Source of the DNA: Torpedo marmorata
Taxonomy: Eukaryota
Assembly (NCBI GenBank): GCA_977017645.1
Contig: OZ360249.1
Span: 33,852,001 to 33,916,000 of the forward strand
Length of the DNA: 64,000 bases
Direction of reading: 5' to 3'
Of the stretch, positions 37,511-50,690 are shown piece after piece (position 1 is the first letter of the stretch; every line of letters begins with the position of its first letter). Below the pieces are notes generated by a model. It was not told the origin of the DNA, made no database searches, and saw only the letters and a list, made by a program, of their open reading frames with translations. The translations under genes were made by a program, and so were the position numbers.

Positions 37511-39057
37511 CAAATATCAAGTGAGTATAAATTTTGGAAAGACAAATTTGGGAGAATTGAATTCTTGAGTGCCTTCACGGGATTGTAATGAGCCTGAGTG
37601 ACCTAAGCAGAATTCAAGGCTGTCTCTGAACATTTATGACCAGCTGAAAGTGAACTGGTGAGTCATTAAAAAGGCCCAAGGAACTTTCTCACAGTGATCC
37701 AGTACTCTGTCCAAGGCGTCCTGTCATAACGTGGTCTATGAACAGCAAGAGGATTGCCCTGCAGAGCCTCTGATTTGGATTTTAACTCAAGCCTGGGGAG
37801 TGTTTGCCATTAGGCCAGCCAGGTGGTACTGGAAGAAGACCAAAAAAAATCATTTACCAGGCCCATGGGTCAGTAAATGCTGGTGCACTGTGTTATGGAA
37901 TTTTTAAACATCCATTGCCTTGGGTTTTACACTTTTCCCTGATTGCTGCTTCAACATCTCTGAGTGGAACAGACCATTTCTTGCTGACTTTGGTAGCAGT
38001 CTTCTTCATTTCTATCTCCTCCTATCAAGAAAAATCATTCTTGATATTTGTTTCAAGGAGGAGAGTATTGAGTTGAACTCTGCCAGGCCTTAGAAGACTG
38101 AATACATTGTGCTTTGGACCTCAAATCCATAGCTCCCATCCAGAGTTATAATCCACCCCAATAACCAGAGGAACCTCATTCTACTCGTGCTTAACATCCT
38201 GCTAATAACAAGAAAATGCCTTTAATAGACCTATTTTTGGCATGTATAATAGTTCTACTGGAATGCTATTTTCAGTGCCAGTGGAGAAATTCCATCCTTC
38301 CACATTCCTGTGGAATTCTCCACTCCCTCTTGGGTCACGTTACTTGCCATTTGCTAACCTCCTGATAGTTTGACATCTAGTACTGGGGTACAGCAAATGG
38401 CTGATAAAGTTGAATGTTTATCAGTGGTCACGTTGAAGCAGTGAATCTCTTTCTGCCCAAAGAAATAAGAGCCATGGGAATGAACAAGTCAGGGAATCTA
38501 ATCTAACTTTCTAATAATATAAAGACTTAAAACTAGTAAATATATGCCTGTCACAGGAACCCAGTCAGTTTGATGAACTTTAACTTTATTTCCTCACACA
38601 GCACTTAAAATACTATGGTCCTGTCTTAGCTCAGATTGATCTGGATCACTATAGTTTGGCTTTGAGACAAGTTAACTCACAATTGGTTCTTGTAAGGTGG
38701 ACAGTTTGGAAACTCCCCATCTGATACGGCTCAGTTAGATTTCACTTCGAAGATAAAACAGCAACTTCAGCTCTTTGTAGAACACTAGGCAGCTTCTTAA
38801 ATGTGCATTGTACTAATGCTGTAGATATTTGGGCTTAACCTCCTCTTTCAGACATACAGGCCCCTTCAAAACTATAAATTGATTCAGCTGATTAGCATAC
38901 TGTGCATTCTCTGGCTGCTGTTTGTAGAGAAAACAATCAGGACAAATGTACTCCAAATGAGACTGAATAATTCTCAGAGTGCATACATGATGCACAAAAG
39001 TGATATGAGATAATTATTACTTCTGGTATCCTCACTCCCAATCTAAAGAACTGACTA

Positions 39058-40356
39058 TAGAATCAGAATTTATTGTCATGAACAAGTCATGAAATTCGGC
39101 GTTTTGCGGCAGCATCATAGTGCAAACATTCATATTATAACCATCTTACGACATTACTATAAAAAATATATATAAATAATAGTGCACGAAAAGTAAGGCA
39201 GTGTCTTTGGTTCAGTGATTATTCAGGAATCTGATGGCAGCGGGGAAGAAGCTGACTTTGTGCCGTTGAGTGCTCGTCTTTAGACTCCTGTACCTTTTTC
39301 CCGATGGTAGAAGAGTGAAGAGGGCATGGCCTCGGTGGTGGGGGTCTTTGAGGACAGAGGGGGCTTTTTTAAGACACCGCCTCTTGTAGAGGTCCTCGAT
39401 GGAGTGAAGTTTGTTGCCTGTGATGTCACAGGCCGAGTTAACAACCCTCTGGAGTTTGTTCTTGTCCTGAGATTTGGCGGCTCCATACCAGGCAGTGATG
39501 CAACCAGCCAGAATGCTCTCCACAGTACACCTGTAGAAGTTTACAAGAGTCTTCGATGACATACCGGATCTCCTTAGACAGCTCACAAAGTATAGCCACT
39601 GGCGAGCCTTCTTTGTGATTGTATCAACGTGGAGGCTCCAGGACAGATCCTCAGAGATGTTGACACCCAGGAATTTGAAGTTCTTGACCCTCTCCACTAC
39701 TGAGCCCTCAATGAGGACTGGGTCGTGTTCCCCTGACTTCCTCCTGAAGTCCACAATCATCTCCTTGGTTTTGCTGACGTTGAGCACAAGGTTGTTGTCA
39801 TTACACCGTTCAACGAGCTGATCTATCTCCCTCCTGTATGCTTCCTCATTGCCGTTTGTGATTCTGCCAACAACTGTGGTGTCATCGGCAAACTTGTAGA
39901 TGGCATTGGAATTGTGCCTGGCAACACAGTCATGGGTGTATAACGAGTAGAGCAGTGGGCTAAGCACGCATCCTTGGGGTGCGCCTGTGTTGATAATCAG
40001 TGAGGAGGAGATGTTGTTTCCAATTCGTACTGACTGTGGTCTTCCGATGAGAAAGTCAAGGATCCAGTTGCAGAGAGGGGTACAGAGGCCTATAGTTTGT
40101 AGCTTCTTGACCAGCACTGAGGGAATAATGGTATTGAAGGCCAAGCTGTCGACGATGAAGAGCAGCCGTATGTATGAATTGCTGTTTCGAGGTGATCCAG
40201 AGCTGAGTGGAGAGCCAGCGATATTGCATCTGCTGTGGAGCAATTATGACGATAGGCGAATTGTAGTGGGTCCAGATCTTTGCTTAGGTATGTGTTAATT
40301 CTGGCCATGACCAGCCTCTCAAAGCATTTAATCACAGTAGAAGTTAGTGCTACTGG
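39058..40356 (-). mobile_element. Rex1/Babar LINE, 5'-truncated RT (ORF 39212-40243) plus 3'UTR
   Basis: [55 protein letters not shown] and [13 protein letters not shown]. Frameshift to the upstream part 40090-40335. Confidence 0.93.
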
Positions 40357-40849
40357 GCTCTGTATAACACTAGAGCAATTGGGGCCTTAATGAACCCGGT
40401 ATTGGTCAGAAGTGAGACGTATACTTGGATCAGTTGTACTTGTCTGTCTTTTGTCCTGTCAGTTTACAGAGTGACACCAGAGGCTGTAACCTGAATATGT
40501 CTGTTTATACCTCCCAATCCAATCGCAGACTGCTGTCCAATCTGAGTGCGGTAGGTACATCCCTGAATTAATCACGGAGTAAATCAAGAATGTCAAATGT
40601 AAACGTATTCATTGTTCTGCATGCTTTTTTGGGGGGTTGGCTCTCTTACTACATTTTAATTCCCCATCTTCACAAAGGCTGCAAGGGAAAACCATCCCTG
40701 AGGGGATGCAGCTGGGCAAACAGCCACTAGGAGGTGCACAAGTACAATTCCCTGCGGGGATGGACCCAGTCTGGCGTTTGTGACCACTTTTTTTTCTCTC
40801 TGGGAGTCAAGTGCAAATACGACCTCGCACAGTGTAGGATTATTTTAAT

Positions 40850-41078
40850 TTTTTAATTTAATTTAAATTCAGACATACAGGACGGTAACAGGCCCTTCCG
40901 GCCCACGAGCCCCTGCCACCCAATTGACCTACAACTCCTGTACGTTTTGAACGGTGGGAGGAAACCCAGGCAGACACGGGGAGAACGTACAAACTCCTTA
41001 CAAACAGTGCCAGATTCAAAACATGATTGCTGGCGCTGTAACAGCGTTGCACTAACCGCTATGCCAACCGTGCCACCC
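40850..41078 (-). mobile_element. V-SINE (HE1-like)
   Basis: Reverse copy of the 15371-15625 family, with a small core deletion. Confidence 0.85.
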
Positions 41079-41289
41079 GAGAGCATCTTAGGCATCGCTT
41101 GTTGCATTGTGCAGAGCGATTTGAAGGAAAACATGAATGATTTTCCTTAGTGAGGCTCACTCTTGAGAATATTCTCCCCATTTTAATAAAAAACAATGCC
41201 ACTTCTCATTGGTAGGGAGAGATATACTTTGGGGGAGAGAGAGAGTGAGAGAGAGAGAAGGGGGGGGGGGTGGAATAGACTTGATCAGA

Positions 41290-44000
41290 GAACACCTGGT
41301 AGATTATAAGCAAGAAACCAGCAACAGGCTGTATCTTTTTGTTGACATCACTGCAAATGATTTATGACATTTTTTTCGTATTCTTCCAAAGTCTGAATGC
41401 TTTCTGTCCGGTAAAATTACACCAGCTGCTATACTCCAAGGATAGCTGGTAATATTGATGCCTCCTCTCTCCGGACTGAGGGAGAGAGTTTGAGTAGTCC
41501 CAACTCCTGGTACTGCATTACTCTTCAGCGGCCTTTTGCCGGGAGTCAATGACGAGCGAGGAATATAAATGGCCTTTATTGTGATGCCTCTTACAGATAA
41601 AGAGCTCCCGCCGGTCCTCAGTCTGAAGGTGAATGTGTTCCTCGGAGGAAGTATTGAGAACACCTCGCCAGCAAGGTGGACAACATTCTCCAATATCGTG
41701 CATTTGCTCGGAAGTGTTAAAGCGCCTTCGGAAAACTGCCTGTTTAACTTCAATAGAAATTTAAAAAATCGACGGCTGAAGTTCACCAGAGACCGTTTCA
41801 CTTGAAGTTTCTTGACACTTCCGCACAGAGGGGCTGGAATCAGGAATACCGTGTGAACAAAATATTGCAGCAATTTAGTTGCAAACAAAATTATTTTAAC
41901 ACATTACCGAGGGCATGTTACAAAACTTTAAATCTAAAGTACATAAATGGTATTCAAAGAAAGGTTTCACAAACTGCTTTTAATGAGATGCCTAATTTAT
42001 GTCATATAAATAAAAATTTCATTGCTGTCGGAAAAGTGCCGGCAATTCATTTATCTAAGACTAAATAATGCGCTGTCGTGGGTGTTATGCCCAACTGCAT
42101 TCGAACGTAATTGCTTGCAGTAAGATTGAATGTTTAAACTTTATTCTTAGTTTCAATTAATCAACCACAGTTTAATTTAAAACAAAATAGATTTGCAAGG
42201 GGTTGCACAATAGTAAAATAGAAAATTCAGAGTTGAGAATGAACTAGTGCGGGGAAATAAATCTTTTACTTCTTTAACAGCATAAGCAGTGGTCGGCAGC
42301 ATGACAGCTGTCTACATATGCCCTGGAACTTAAACGGACATTTCAAAGACNNNNNNNNNNNNNNNNNNNNNNNNNNNNNNNNNNNNNNNNNNNNNNNNNN
42401 NNNNNNNNNNNNNNNNNNNNNNNNNNNNNNNNNNNNNNNNNNNNNNNNNNNNNNNNNNNNNNNNNNNNNNNNNNNNNNNNNNNNNNNNNNNNNNNNNNNN
42501 NNNNNNNNNNNNTGGTCTTTACCAACTCCGTTGCAAACTTGATTTCATTGCCTGTCCCTCCTTAAACTGAATGATCTTCTGATGTTAACGTGCAAGTAAA
42601 GACAATAATCTGATCAGTATCTTTGCAGCTGAGATTTGCATCGTAAACCTTATGATTTTCTGCTGTCTCGCACAACCGCTTTCATCACATTTAAATTCGT
42701 TTTGAAGGACTATTATAATTTCACCTCAGAGCTGCCGTAATTGTTGTAAGGCATAATTATCTTTTTTTTCAAAATCATTTTGTCTCTTTTTTTAATCCAC
42801 CCTCTGTTGTTTCATTCTTCAGGGGCAGTGCTTCTTTCATACAGCTGCTAGGTTTTTTTTCTCCATTGAAATGTCTTTAATCCTTGCAAGAGACAGCGAA
42901 CCTTCTCCTCCCCTTCGATATCCATTTTAATACCCCCCCCCCAACCCAATCACTCCGCTTCCCCCTTGCCCCGTATTGCTGCCTATAAACCAGAATTTCA
43001 TCTTTCACCGCTTTTCTAATGCTCCAAAGAATATCGTTCAGAGCAAATTCATTCAGGGTGGCGAGAGGCCAGGGGAACTTTGGGTCCAGTGTCTTGTACA
43101 AGGTAGGTGGGGGCATTCTGATACCTATTCTCCGGGGGTGGGGGCAGTTTCCCCAACTTAGGGGCGTTCTTACTGTCCAAATTGCTGATGCAGAGAATAA
43201 GACGCTGGCTAAATCGTTCCCGAAACACCCCCCCCCCCCAGCATTGTTTAAAAACACAAGACTGAGAAGGGTTACAGCGGAGCTGCCGGGGACCCCAGAC
43301 ACTAACCCCAACCCCCAGTTCTCCCTCCGCAGCCTGGCACCATCGCCTCATTGTTCGCACCTTTGGTCCACAATAGCAGCCAATTTGTTAGGATATTTTA
43401 CAGGTCAGGGGCTGTTGGAGGATGCTGAAGCGGCAGAGTCTGGGAGAAAATGAAGCTGTATTTGCTCTGCGAATTACATGTCTCCCGCACTTTATGGTCT
43501 TAGCGCTGCACGTTCCCTTTTGCATGCCTGGTGTGTGCGGAATCGCCACAGATCCAGTTAACGGAGGTTAATAGATTGATTTCAGTGACACGGATCATAA
43601 TGAACAGTAAATTGTTTTATCTCTTAAGTCTTATTTGGTCAGCCAGGAAAACATATGAGGTAATATGGTTCAGAGTAAATGGACCATATAATAGATCTCC
43701 TGCTAAACCATAAAGACATGGGTGACAGCTCCGCAATGATTAATGAAAATAATAAAGTTCCTGAAATTGAAATTTTTCTAATTTTTTTTTTCCACCAAAA
43801 CATCAGCAGGGATGATTTGTGGCAAGTGGAGAGAGACTTCTGCAATAACTGGGTTAGAATTTGTTCAGAGCTCCCATAATCAATTCCTTACTGATTTCAA
43901 CCAAGCAAAAATAAAACATTTTACTCCAAACACCTTCATCACTTGCGGCCCAGCTGACGTGCAGAGGTGGTGGGCTAAAGTTTACATCCCCCATCTCTTC
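41290..44000. promoter_or_regulatory. Repeat-free, CpG-retaining block: candidate CpG island, promoter or enhancer
   Basis: CpG is visibly more frequent than in flanking unique DNA (41400-41850 and 42880-43560). Preceded by a (GA)n and poly-G tract. No recognisable repeat or protein. Confidence 0.45.
42351..42512. other. Assembly gap
   Basis: Run of N. Confidence 1.
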
Positions 44001-45496
44001 CTGACCACCCACCCCCTCCCCTTTTTTACCAAACATCTGACGAGACTTCCCTGAATTTTGGGCCTCTTTGTTCGCCTTGGTTGTGGGGATTTGCTTACAC
44101 TGGCACACACTGTTGAGACTGGTCAAGGCTTTTATACTGTGTTTGTTAGGTTTTATCATCATATCCCTATCTTCTTCTTTGAGCAGCATCAGCGTGTTAT
44201 GAGTCCAGGGGGGTTTAATGTTGTTATTTTTGTCTTCAAACCAAAGGTAAATGAAAGGGTGACAGGATCCACATATGTTAAAGGAATTTGGTTTCCAAGT
44301 TTATGGTTGGACATTAATAACTCTCAAAGAGATGTTATCGTTCTTTTAACTGACACAGATGGGCTGTGATTGAACATGCATAAATTTTGTCATCAAATCC
44401 ATGCACTTTATTTCTTTCAATAACCCCTCCACCTGGCCAAAATAAATGCAATTTCGAAGAAATCTATCCTCTCTGGGAGAGTACGGGGTGTGGTGTTCTG
44501 CAAATCAAACTGTGGATTCTAAAGATACATATTTTTGGTATATTTTAATCTACTGTTTGCAGTCATAGTTGTTAAATAAACCTCACTTTGCAGATTGAAC
44601 TCATTTCGACTGTCACAAGCAGAAGGCGACTGTTATTGTTGGGGCCAGTTCCATTCTCTCTGAATACCCTAAGTTCTTGTGAATCTAATACATTGATTTG
44701 TCTGACCTAGCCAATGGGTTATAGCACAGAATATTTGTGTTAATTCATCTATAGCCCCATGTTCACAATGTCCTATTTTCCAACTTGTATTCTTAATAGT
44801 CGGCTGTGTACGACAACTTCAATAGAACAACCTTCCTTCGCCATGGAGCTCAAATATTGACCCATTTTTTCCTGACACTTTAAGCTACTCGTGCAGTTAT
44901 TACCAGTGGGAATTAAGACAACACTACCAAAATGGCATTCTTTTATTATAATAATTTACTTTTATTTCCACATTGGGCCTAACTAGGCCAATTGATATCA
45001 TATCATCATTGAACATTATAGCCCACGATGTCCTTATTTTTCTGCATGACAAGGTTATAATGCACATATCCTTGAATTTCTTTATCATGTAGCTTATCAA
45101 AAAATCGTTTCAATATATTGATTTATGTAGGGTACATTTCCTTTCACTTTTTTCCAACGTACTATTTCATAGTTCTCTGAATTGAACTGTATGGGCCATT
45201 GAACAATCCATGCTCATTAATTTTGTAGTTTGCTGCATTCTTTGTTCACCAGACAACCCTTAACTTTCTCTTCAATTGATGTTGAAGAAAATTAAAAGAT
45301 AGAATAGATAGCATAGATTATTCTTTGGAGGAAAGAAAGTTAGAATTGTTTTTTGTCAGCATGTGCATTGAGCAACACTTCTTGAAGGTCAAACACTAAT
45401 TCAGCTTTCACTCAGAAATTATCACATGAGATTTTATTATTTTCACATTCTTGCACTATCAGAGGTGGGAAAGAATGAGTTCTGATACTATTCTAG

Positions 45497-45700
45497 AATT
45501 GCTGGAGTTACTCAGCAGGTCAGACAACATCCATGGGAGAAATGGTCAGTTGACATTTTGGGTCTGAAACCTTTATTAAGATAAGGGGTCCAGACCCGAA
45601 ATGTTGATGGGTCATTGCTACCCATAGATTCTCTCTGACCCATTGAGTCCCTCCGTAAAATTCTTTCTTTGCTCAAGATTCCAGCATCTTCAGTCTTGGT
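45497..45700. mobile_element. Older inverted pLTR doublet turning at the hammerhead
   Basis: gacattttgggtctgaaacctt and aggggtccagacccgaaatgttga form the inverted centre, flanked by inverted ctcagcaggtcag-type modules. Confidence 0.7.
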
Positions 45701-45814
45701 GCTTCTTTGATACTATCCTGTCTATTTCACAGCTGTTCTGATTAGTTCACACCGCCTCCAGTCTCAGCACAATACAACCTCTTCCAGCCTTGCCCACTTT
45801 GGTGGGTTCTGACC

Positions 45815-46170
45815 AATTCAGAGTTCATAGTTCAAATTTATTGTCAAAATACATACATGACATCACATACAACCCTGAGATTCTTTTTCCTGTGGGCCAG
45901 GCAGAATTTCTACTTATCGGTAACTGTAAACTGTACTCAATAAGAAATATGTATACAAAGAGAGAAATGTAAACAAACTGACTGTGTAAATACAGAAAAA
46001 ATATTCAGTAATAAATATATTTATTATAATTAATATATATAATGTGCAAAGTAAGAGTCCTTAAGTAAGTCTCTGACTGAGTCTGTTGTTTAGGAGTCTG
46101 ACGGTTGAGGGGTAGCAACTGGTGATATGAGTTGCTGGTGGTACGAGTCCACTGAACCTGGTGTTACGAA
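45815..46170 (-). mobile_element. Rex1-like LINE 3' end (family B)
   Basis: Matches 9165-9480. Confidence 0.8.
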
Positions 46171-46737
46171 TCCACTTTCATCCAGCAATACTGATTCTTA
46201 ACAGTGGCATCTGCGACCTGATGTGAAATGCTAAGAAAATGACAGAGGGATAGAAACACTGAATGTTATCTTAAAATACTGGTAGCAGTTATGAATAAAT
46301 AGACAAAGGCAAAATACCAGATGCAGGTAATCAGAATAAAAAATATTGGAATAAGGAGATCAAGTATCTTCTGGAAAGAAAGAAACAGAATTAATGTTCC
46401 AGGAAGAATGTGCATTATATCGAACAGATCAGCAATTTTGTGCCAGTGAATGAACATTTTTTTGAAAATAACAGGTCAAAAACAATGTGAAGTATGAACA
46501 GGGTTAAATTTTCTTTGGAAGGAGCACAGAGAAACAATGGGTCGAATGGGGCAATGAATACCTTTTTGCCACTTGAATTAATGGAAATTCCTTCCTTCAG
46601 GTGGATATAAAGTGAGCACAGATGTAAGTCCAGTAATATTTCTCAGTTAAACATTTGAATCCATCCATATAATTGCTTTGTACATGATATGAATGGTGGA
46701 ACAGATTTGAAGGGCTAAATGAACTATTTATTATCCA

Positions 46738-46845
46738 CTTTGATGAAGGGCTCAAGTCCGAAACGTCGGTTATGTATTTCTACCTTTGCTACATAAAAGA
46801 CACTGTTTGACCTGCTGAAGTTTCTCCAGCATTTGTGTTTTTTAC
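46738..46845 (+). mobile_element. 108-bp solo Penelope pLTR starting at the hammerhead core; 10-bp TSD
   Basis: TTATTATCCA at 46728-46737 and 46846-46855. The insert begins ctttgatgaagggctcaagtccgaaacgtcgg. Confidence 0.9.
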
Positions 46846-47945
46846 TTATTATCCAGTATCACTGTGAACTGCCGAAGTTCGCTGTTCTGTGGCCAGGACA
46901 AGTGCAACCTTTGATTCTCTCTTGGAACATGCGATGATTTTGAGCTCCCACTTATGATTCACAATATTTTTCTGCTGTCTATGTTTTGGCACACTGTTAA
47001 ATTGATTATTTGGTCTCTACAGCTGTTTAATTTAGGTATCGACTAATTTTACTTTACAATTCAATTTATTAGTAACCATGTTGCTATTTAGGAAATAACT
47101 GAAATAAATGGAGCTCATTTTTATGGACTGATTACCAGCCATATTTGGATACATGGATTGTGAAATATTTCTCTGTTAAACATTTGAATTTTGAAACATT
47201 TCACCCAGCACTATACAATTAGGATAAATATTTTCCATGATTAAAAAATGTGGTTTGAGGCACAGAAAATTATTATCTGGGAATAATGTGATTTGGAGTT
47301 GTGTATATTTGTAGTTGATTGCAAATTGAATAATTATTACCCAAGTAATTTTTAACTGAACACATAAAATTGTCACTTCTCACATTAATGTGTTTCTATT
47401 GAAAACGTAGATTTTGTGAGGCAAGATTAGTGTTGGCAAAGAGAATAAAGTGCTTTTTACAAAACAGTTGGTTGACAGGATAATTCTACTAGTTTGAAGA
47501 TCCATAACTTATGAATAATGAAGGCCTAATATGAGTATCTTATAAGGATGTACCTATTAGATGATAATCTCCACAATTAACTATCAGCTGTCCTGCATTC
47601 TCCTTACTCTATTACTAATTCATTTAGACTGGGAAATATATTGGCATTTGAATCGTGCAGTTTAGCTGAAAAACATATGGAATTATTTATATTATCATTG
47701 TTCAGCCAATTAAAATATTTTTATCCACACTTCTGAGGTAAGCATGCCAGTCACCAACAATTAGTAAAGTCGTAAATGATTGGATACAGGAATAAGAAGA
47801 TATGGAATGAAAAATGGAAATTCACGAATCCTATGGAAAAAAATTAGGTTTGGCTACTGATAGGAGTAAATGCCATCCACTTACATTATAAGCGTGCTAC
47901 ATATCATTGCACATGGAAATACTTAGATCAGTAATGCATTTAAGA

Positions 47946-48507
47946 AGTAAATCACGAAAATCTGTAGACACCGTGGTTGAAGTAAAAAACACAAAATGCT
48001 GGAGAAGCTCAGCAGGTCAAAGAGTCTCCTTTATGTAGCAAAGGTAGAAATACATAACCAACGTTTCGGGCTTGAGCCCTTCATCAAGGTATGAGAGAAT
48101 GCCGGCAGGCATCCGAACAAAAGGGTAGGTGGGGTGGCAAAGGCAGGAGATGATAGGTGGATGAAGGGAGGGAGGAGACAGCAGCAATGAGGGGGAAGAG
48201 GGATGGCTGGGTGGGTAAGGGGGAAGGGAGGGGAGAACTGGAAAGACAGGAAAGGGGAGGGGAAAGAAAAGGCGAGCAAGTTTAGCAGAAAGCAGAGAAA
48301 TCAATGTTAATGCCATTTGACTGGAGAGTGCCCAGACGGAAGATAAGGTGTTGTTCCTCCAATCTGCGGGTGGTCAGGGTGGGATAGTGCAAAAGGCCAT
48401 GGACAGACATGTGAGTCTGGGAGTGTGACTCAGAATTAAAATGGTTGGCTATTGGGAGGTCGCTGTGGTTGCGGACGGAGAGGAGGTGCTTAGTGAAGCG
48501 ATCTCCC
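47946..48507 (-). mobile_element. Penelope-like 3' fragment (GIY-YIG C-terminal half plus pLTR with hammerhead at 48053-48093)
   Basis: LGDRFTKHLLSVRN...IANHF...EEQHLIFRLGTLQSNGINIDF. Hammerhead cataccTTGATGAagggctcaagcccGAAAcGTTggttatg. Confidence 0.9.
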
Positions 48508-49049
48508 AATGCACTTATCATGGTAATGCACTTATCATGGTTATAAGACCCAAAGCTTAGTCTTTCAATACAGCACATCAATTTCTTCTAATTTTCTGTA
48601 ACTTAATACAGAGACCAGTTGAGCAGAAAGTGCATCATATTCTGACCTGGAATTTTAAAAGGTTGTATGCTCTAAGAAGATCAGAAAATATATAAAAATA
48701 ACAACACAGTTACAATGTGTGACTTTCATTTAATAAATTGTTGCTGAATTCAATAAAAAATGAAATTTAATTTGAAGTCTGTCAGCTCTGACCTGCTTAA
48801 CTGAAGCAAATCTTTTGTAGCTGCAAAGCAGATCAATAGAACTGCTGGAATGTTACTTTCGCTTATTTAAACCTTCACAAATCTACAAATTTTGGTATTG
48901 ACCTGAATGAATGGGCATTTAGGGCCTTATCACAATATAATGTGTTGGATGTAAATAATGTACATTATGGATTATGACCAGGTAAATTCTTTTAATGATG
49001 AGGGAGAGAGTAAACAGAGCGATACTGACCTGCTCAGCAGATATTGTCA

Positions 49050-50690
49050 GTAGGGAAAATGCCAAAATCTATATTAAGGGAAGTGAAATCGCTTACCAAA
49101 CAATAATAAGACTGATCTATTGGAGTTCATTGAGATTGCACCTAAAGAAGTTGAATGGCAGAACAGCATGAGGGGTTTACTCCTTCTTCTATTTTCTTGT
49201 GTTCCTGAATGGATGGGGGAATATTGTGTCGTGTTGTGCTTTTGCATTGATGTGAATGTGGTATATTTGGATTTTCTGACCGCTTTCATTCAGATTCCTC
49301 ATAATAGTTGTGAGTAAGGTTAAAGGACTTGGAAGTGTAGGTTAAGTCTAGTATGGATTGATAGCACTGGACAACAATTGTTTTTCAAACGTTTTGCTAC
49401 CTGAAAGAAAATTGGGGATTATGATAGACAAATTCAAGCTGAACACAAAGATAATTTCAGATTTGCTGTATCACGTAGGAAGTTTGTGAAACATTAAATT
49501 AACTTTTATTGAATTTAGCATGTTTAATCGCATAATGTACCTCTGAGCCAAGCTCTCAGGTTGACTGCACATGTTGCACAACAAATGTGAGGAGCCCAGG
49601 GTTTGTCTTGGTCACCAATTTTACAACTAAAGTAGAGCTCATAGGCTTTCTTAATAAGGCAGTCATGCTGCGTCTTTGAGCCTTAAGCGTAAACTCGCCA
49701 AAAATGCAGCGCAGCTGTTGTGACATTGACAAGTCATTTCTGCTGTATTGAATCTTCCTGAAGAAAATAAATGATATTGTTAAGTAGACTCACTATGCTA
49801 TTGCCTGAAGAACATGTGTTCAATCTATATCAATGTAATGCACAGCATCTGTACATGTGAGCTGCTTTTATGGCCTGTCTGCATCTATCCTGACTAAGCA
49901 TGCCCAGGCCTAAGACCATATTTGCATAGCACTTTCACTGAGTGCATGCTCAGGCATGGTTGGACTGATCAAAACAGCCTGCTTTGTGGGCAATATACTA
50001 GTGGACTTAAAATATGACAGGAAATCACAAAATAAGTTATATCTAAAAAACAGTACGTGATAGGAACATTTTAAGGTGATTTTCGGGGTCAGCAGCCCAA
50101 ATTATATTAAATACACCCAAAAGTGTTCAGGAAGCAAAATATTCGTTGTCCAGTGTAGTTGGTTAGAAAACAAAAAAACAAAACAAGAATAAACAGGTCC
50201 TTCTCGGGTCAGCAGAAATGTGACCAAGGTTCAAGGTTATTTTTATAGTCATGTAATAAGAGAGAAAATGTGATATTACATGAAATTTCCTTTAGTCTAC
50301 CGTAAGGCAAAGATTCACTATCAGCAGAATTTGCCCAGCGCCCCTTACAGCCAGAGAAGGAGAAGCAAAAGAGAGTCCCCCCAGAGTCACTGTATGTCCA
50401 CGGCTCCACCTCCAACGCTCATGCAGCCTCCACAGCCACACAGCCTTCAGCCCAAATCTTAATTCATGTGGTGGTGAATATTTTGAATTGTCTCCCTCAG
50501 ATGTCTGCAGAGGCTCAGACCATATTCAAAACAGAGATCAATTGATTTCTAGATATTATAGGAATCAAGGGATATGCAGAGAAGGCAGCAAAATGGAGTT
50601 GTTAGAAGACCAGCCATGATATTGTTAATTGATGAAGCACTCTGGGGGCTGAAAGCCTAACTTCTACTCTTATTTCTTATGTTATGATGT
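49050..50690 (+). mobile_element. Degenerate CR1 LINE interrupted by two insertions
   Basis: DVNVVYLDFLTAFIQIPH remnant. tggattgatag|ttggttagaaaac rejoins across 49365-50158. CR1 3' end at 50460-50690. Confidence 0.7.
49365..50155. mobile_element. Non-autonomous Chapaev3-like (CMC) DNA transposon with 3-bp TSD
   Basis: TAG|CACTGGACAAC ... GTTGTCCAGTG|TAG. Subterminal inverted motif ttttgctacctga and tcaggaagcaaaa. Confidence 0.8.

Noticed and set aside
36987-37568. 193-aa Pro/Ser-rich ORF as a host gene
   Set aside because: It lies in a multicopy GC-rich repeat where stops are rare, and has no recognisable domain.
41304-43453. ORFs 41304-41888, 42877-43311 and 43019-43453 as coding exons
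   Set aside because: No recognisable protein motifs. Overlapping open frames on both strands are expected in GC-richer DNA.
47931-48540. TSD for the Penelope fragment at 47946-48507
   Set aside because: The AATGCAYTTA match is imperfect, offset from the element end and confounded by a local tandem duplication at 48508-48540.
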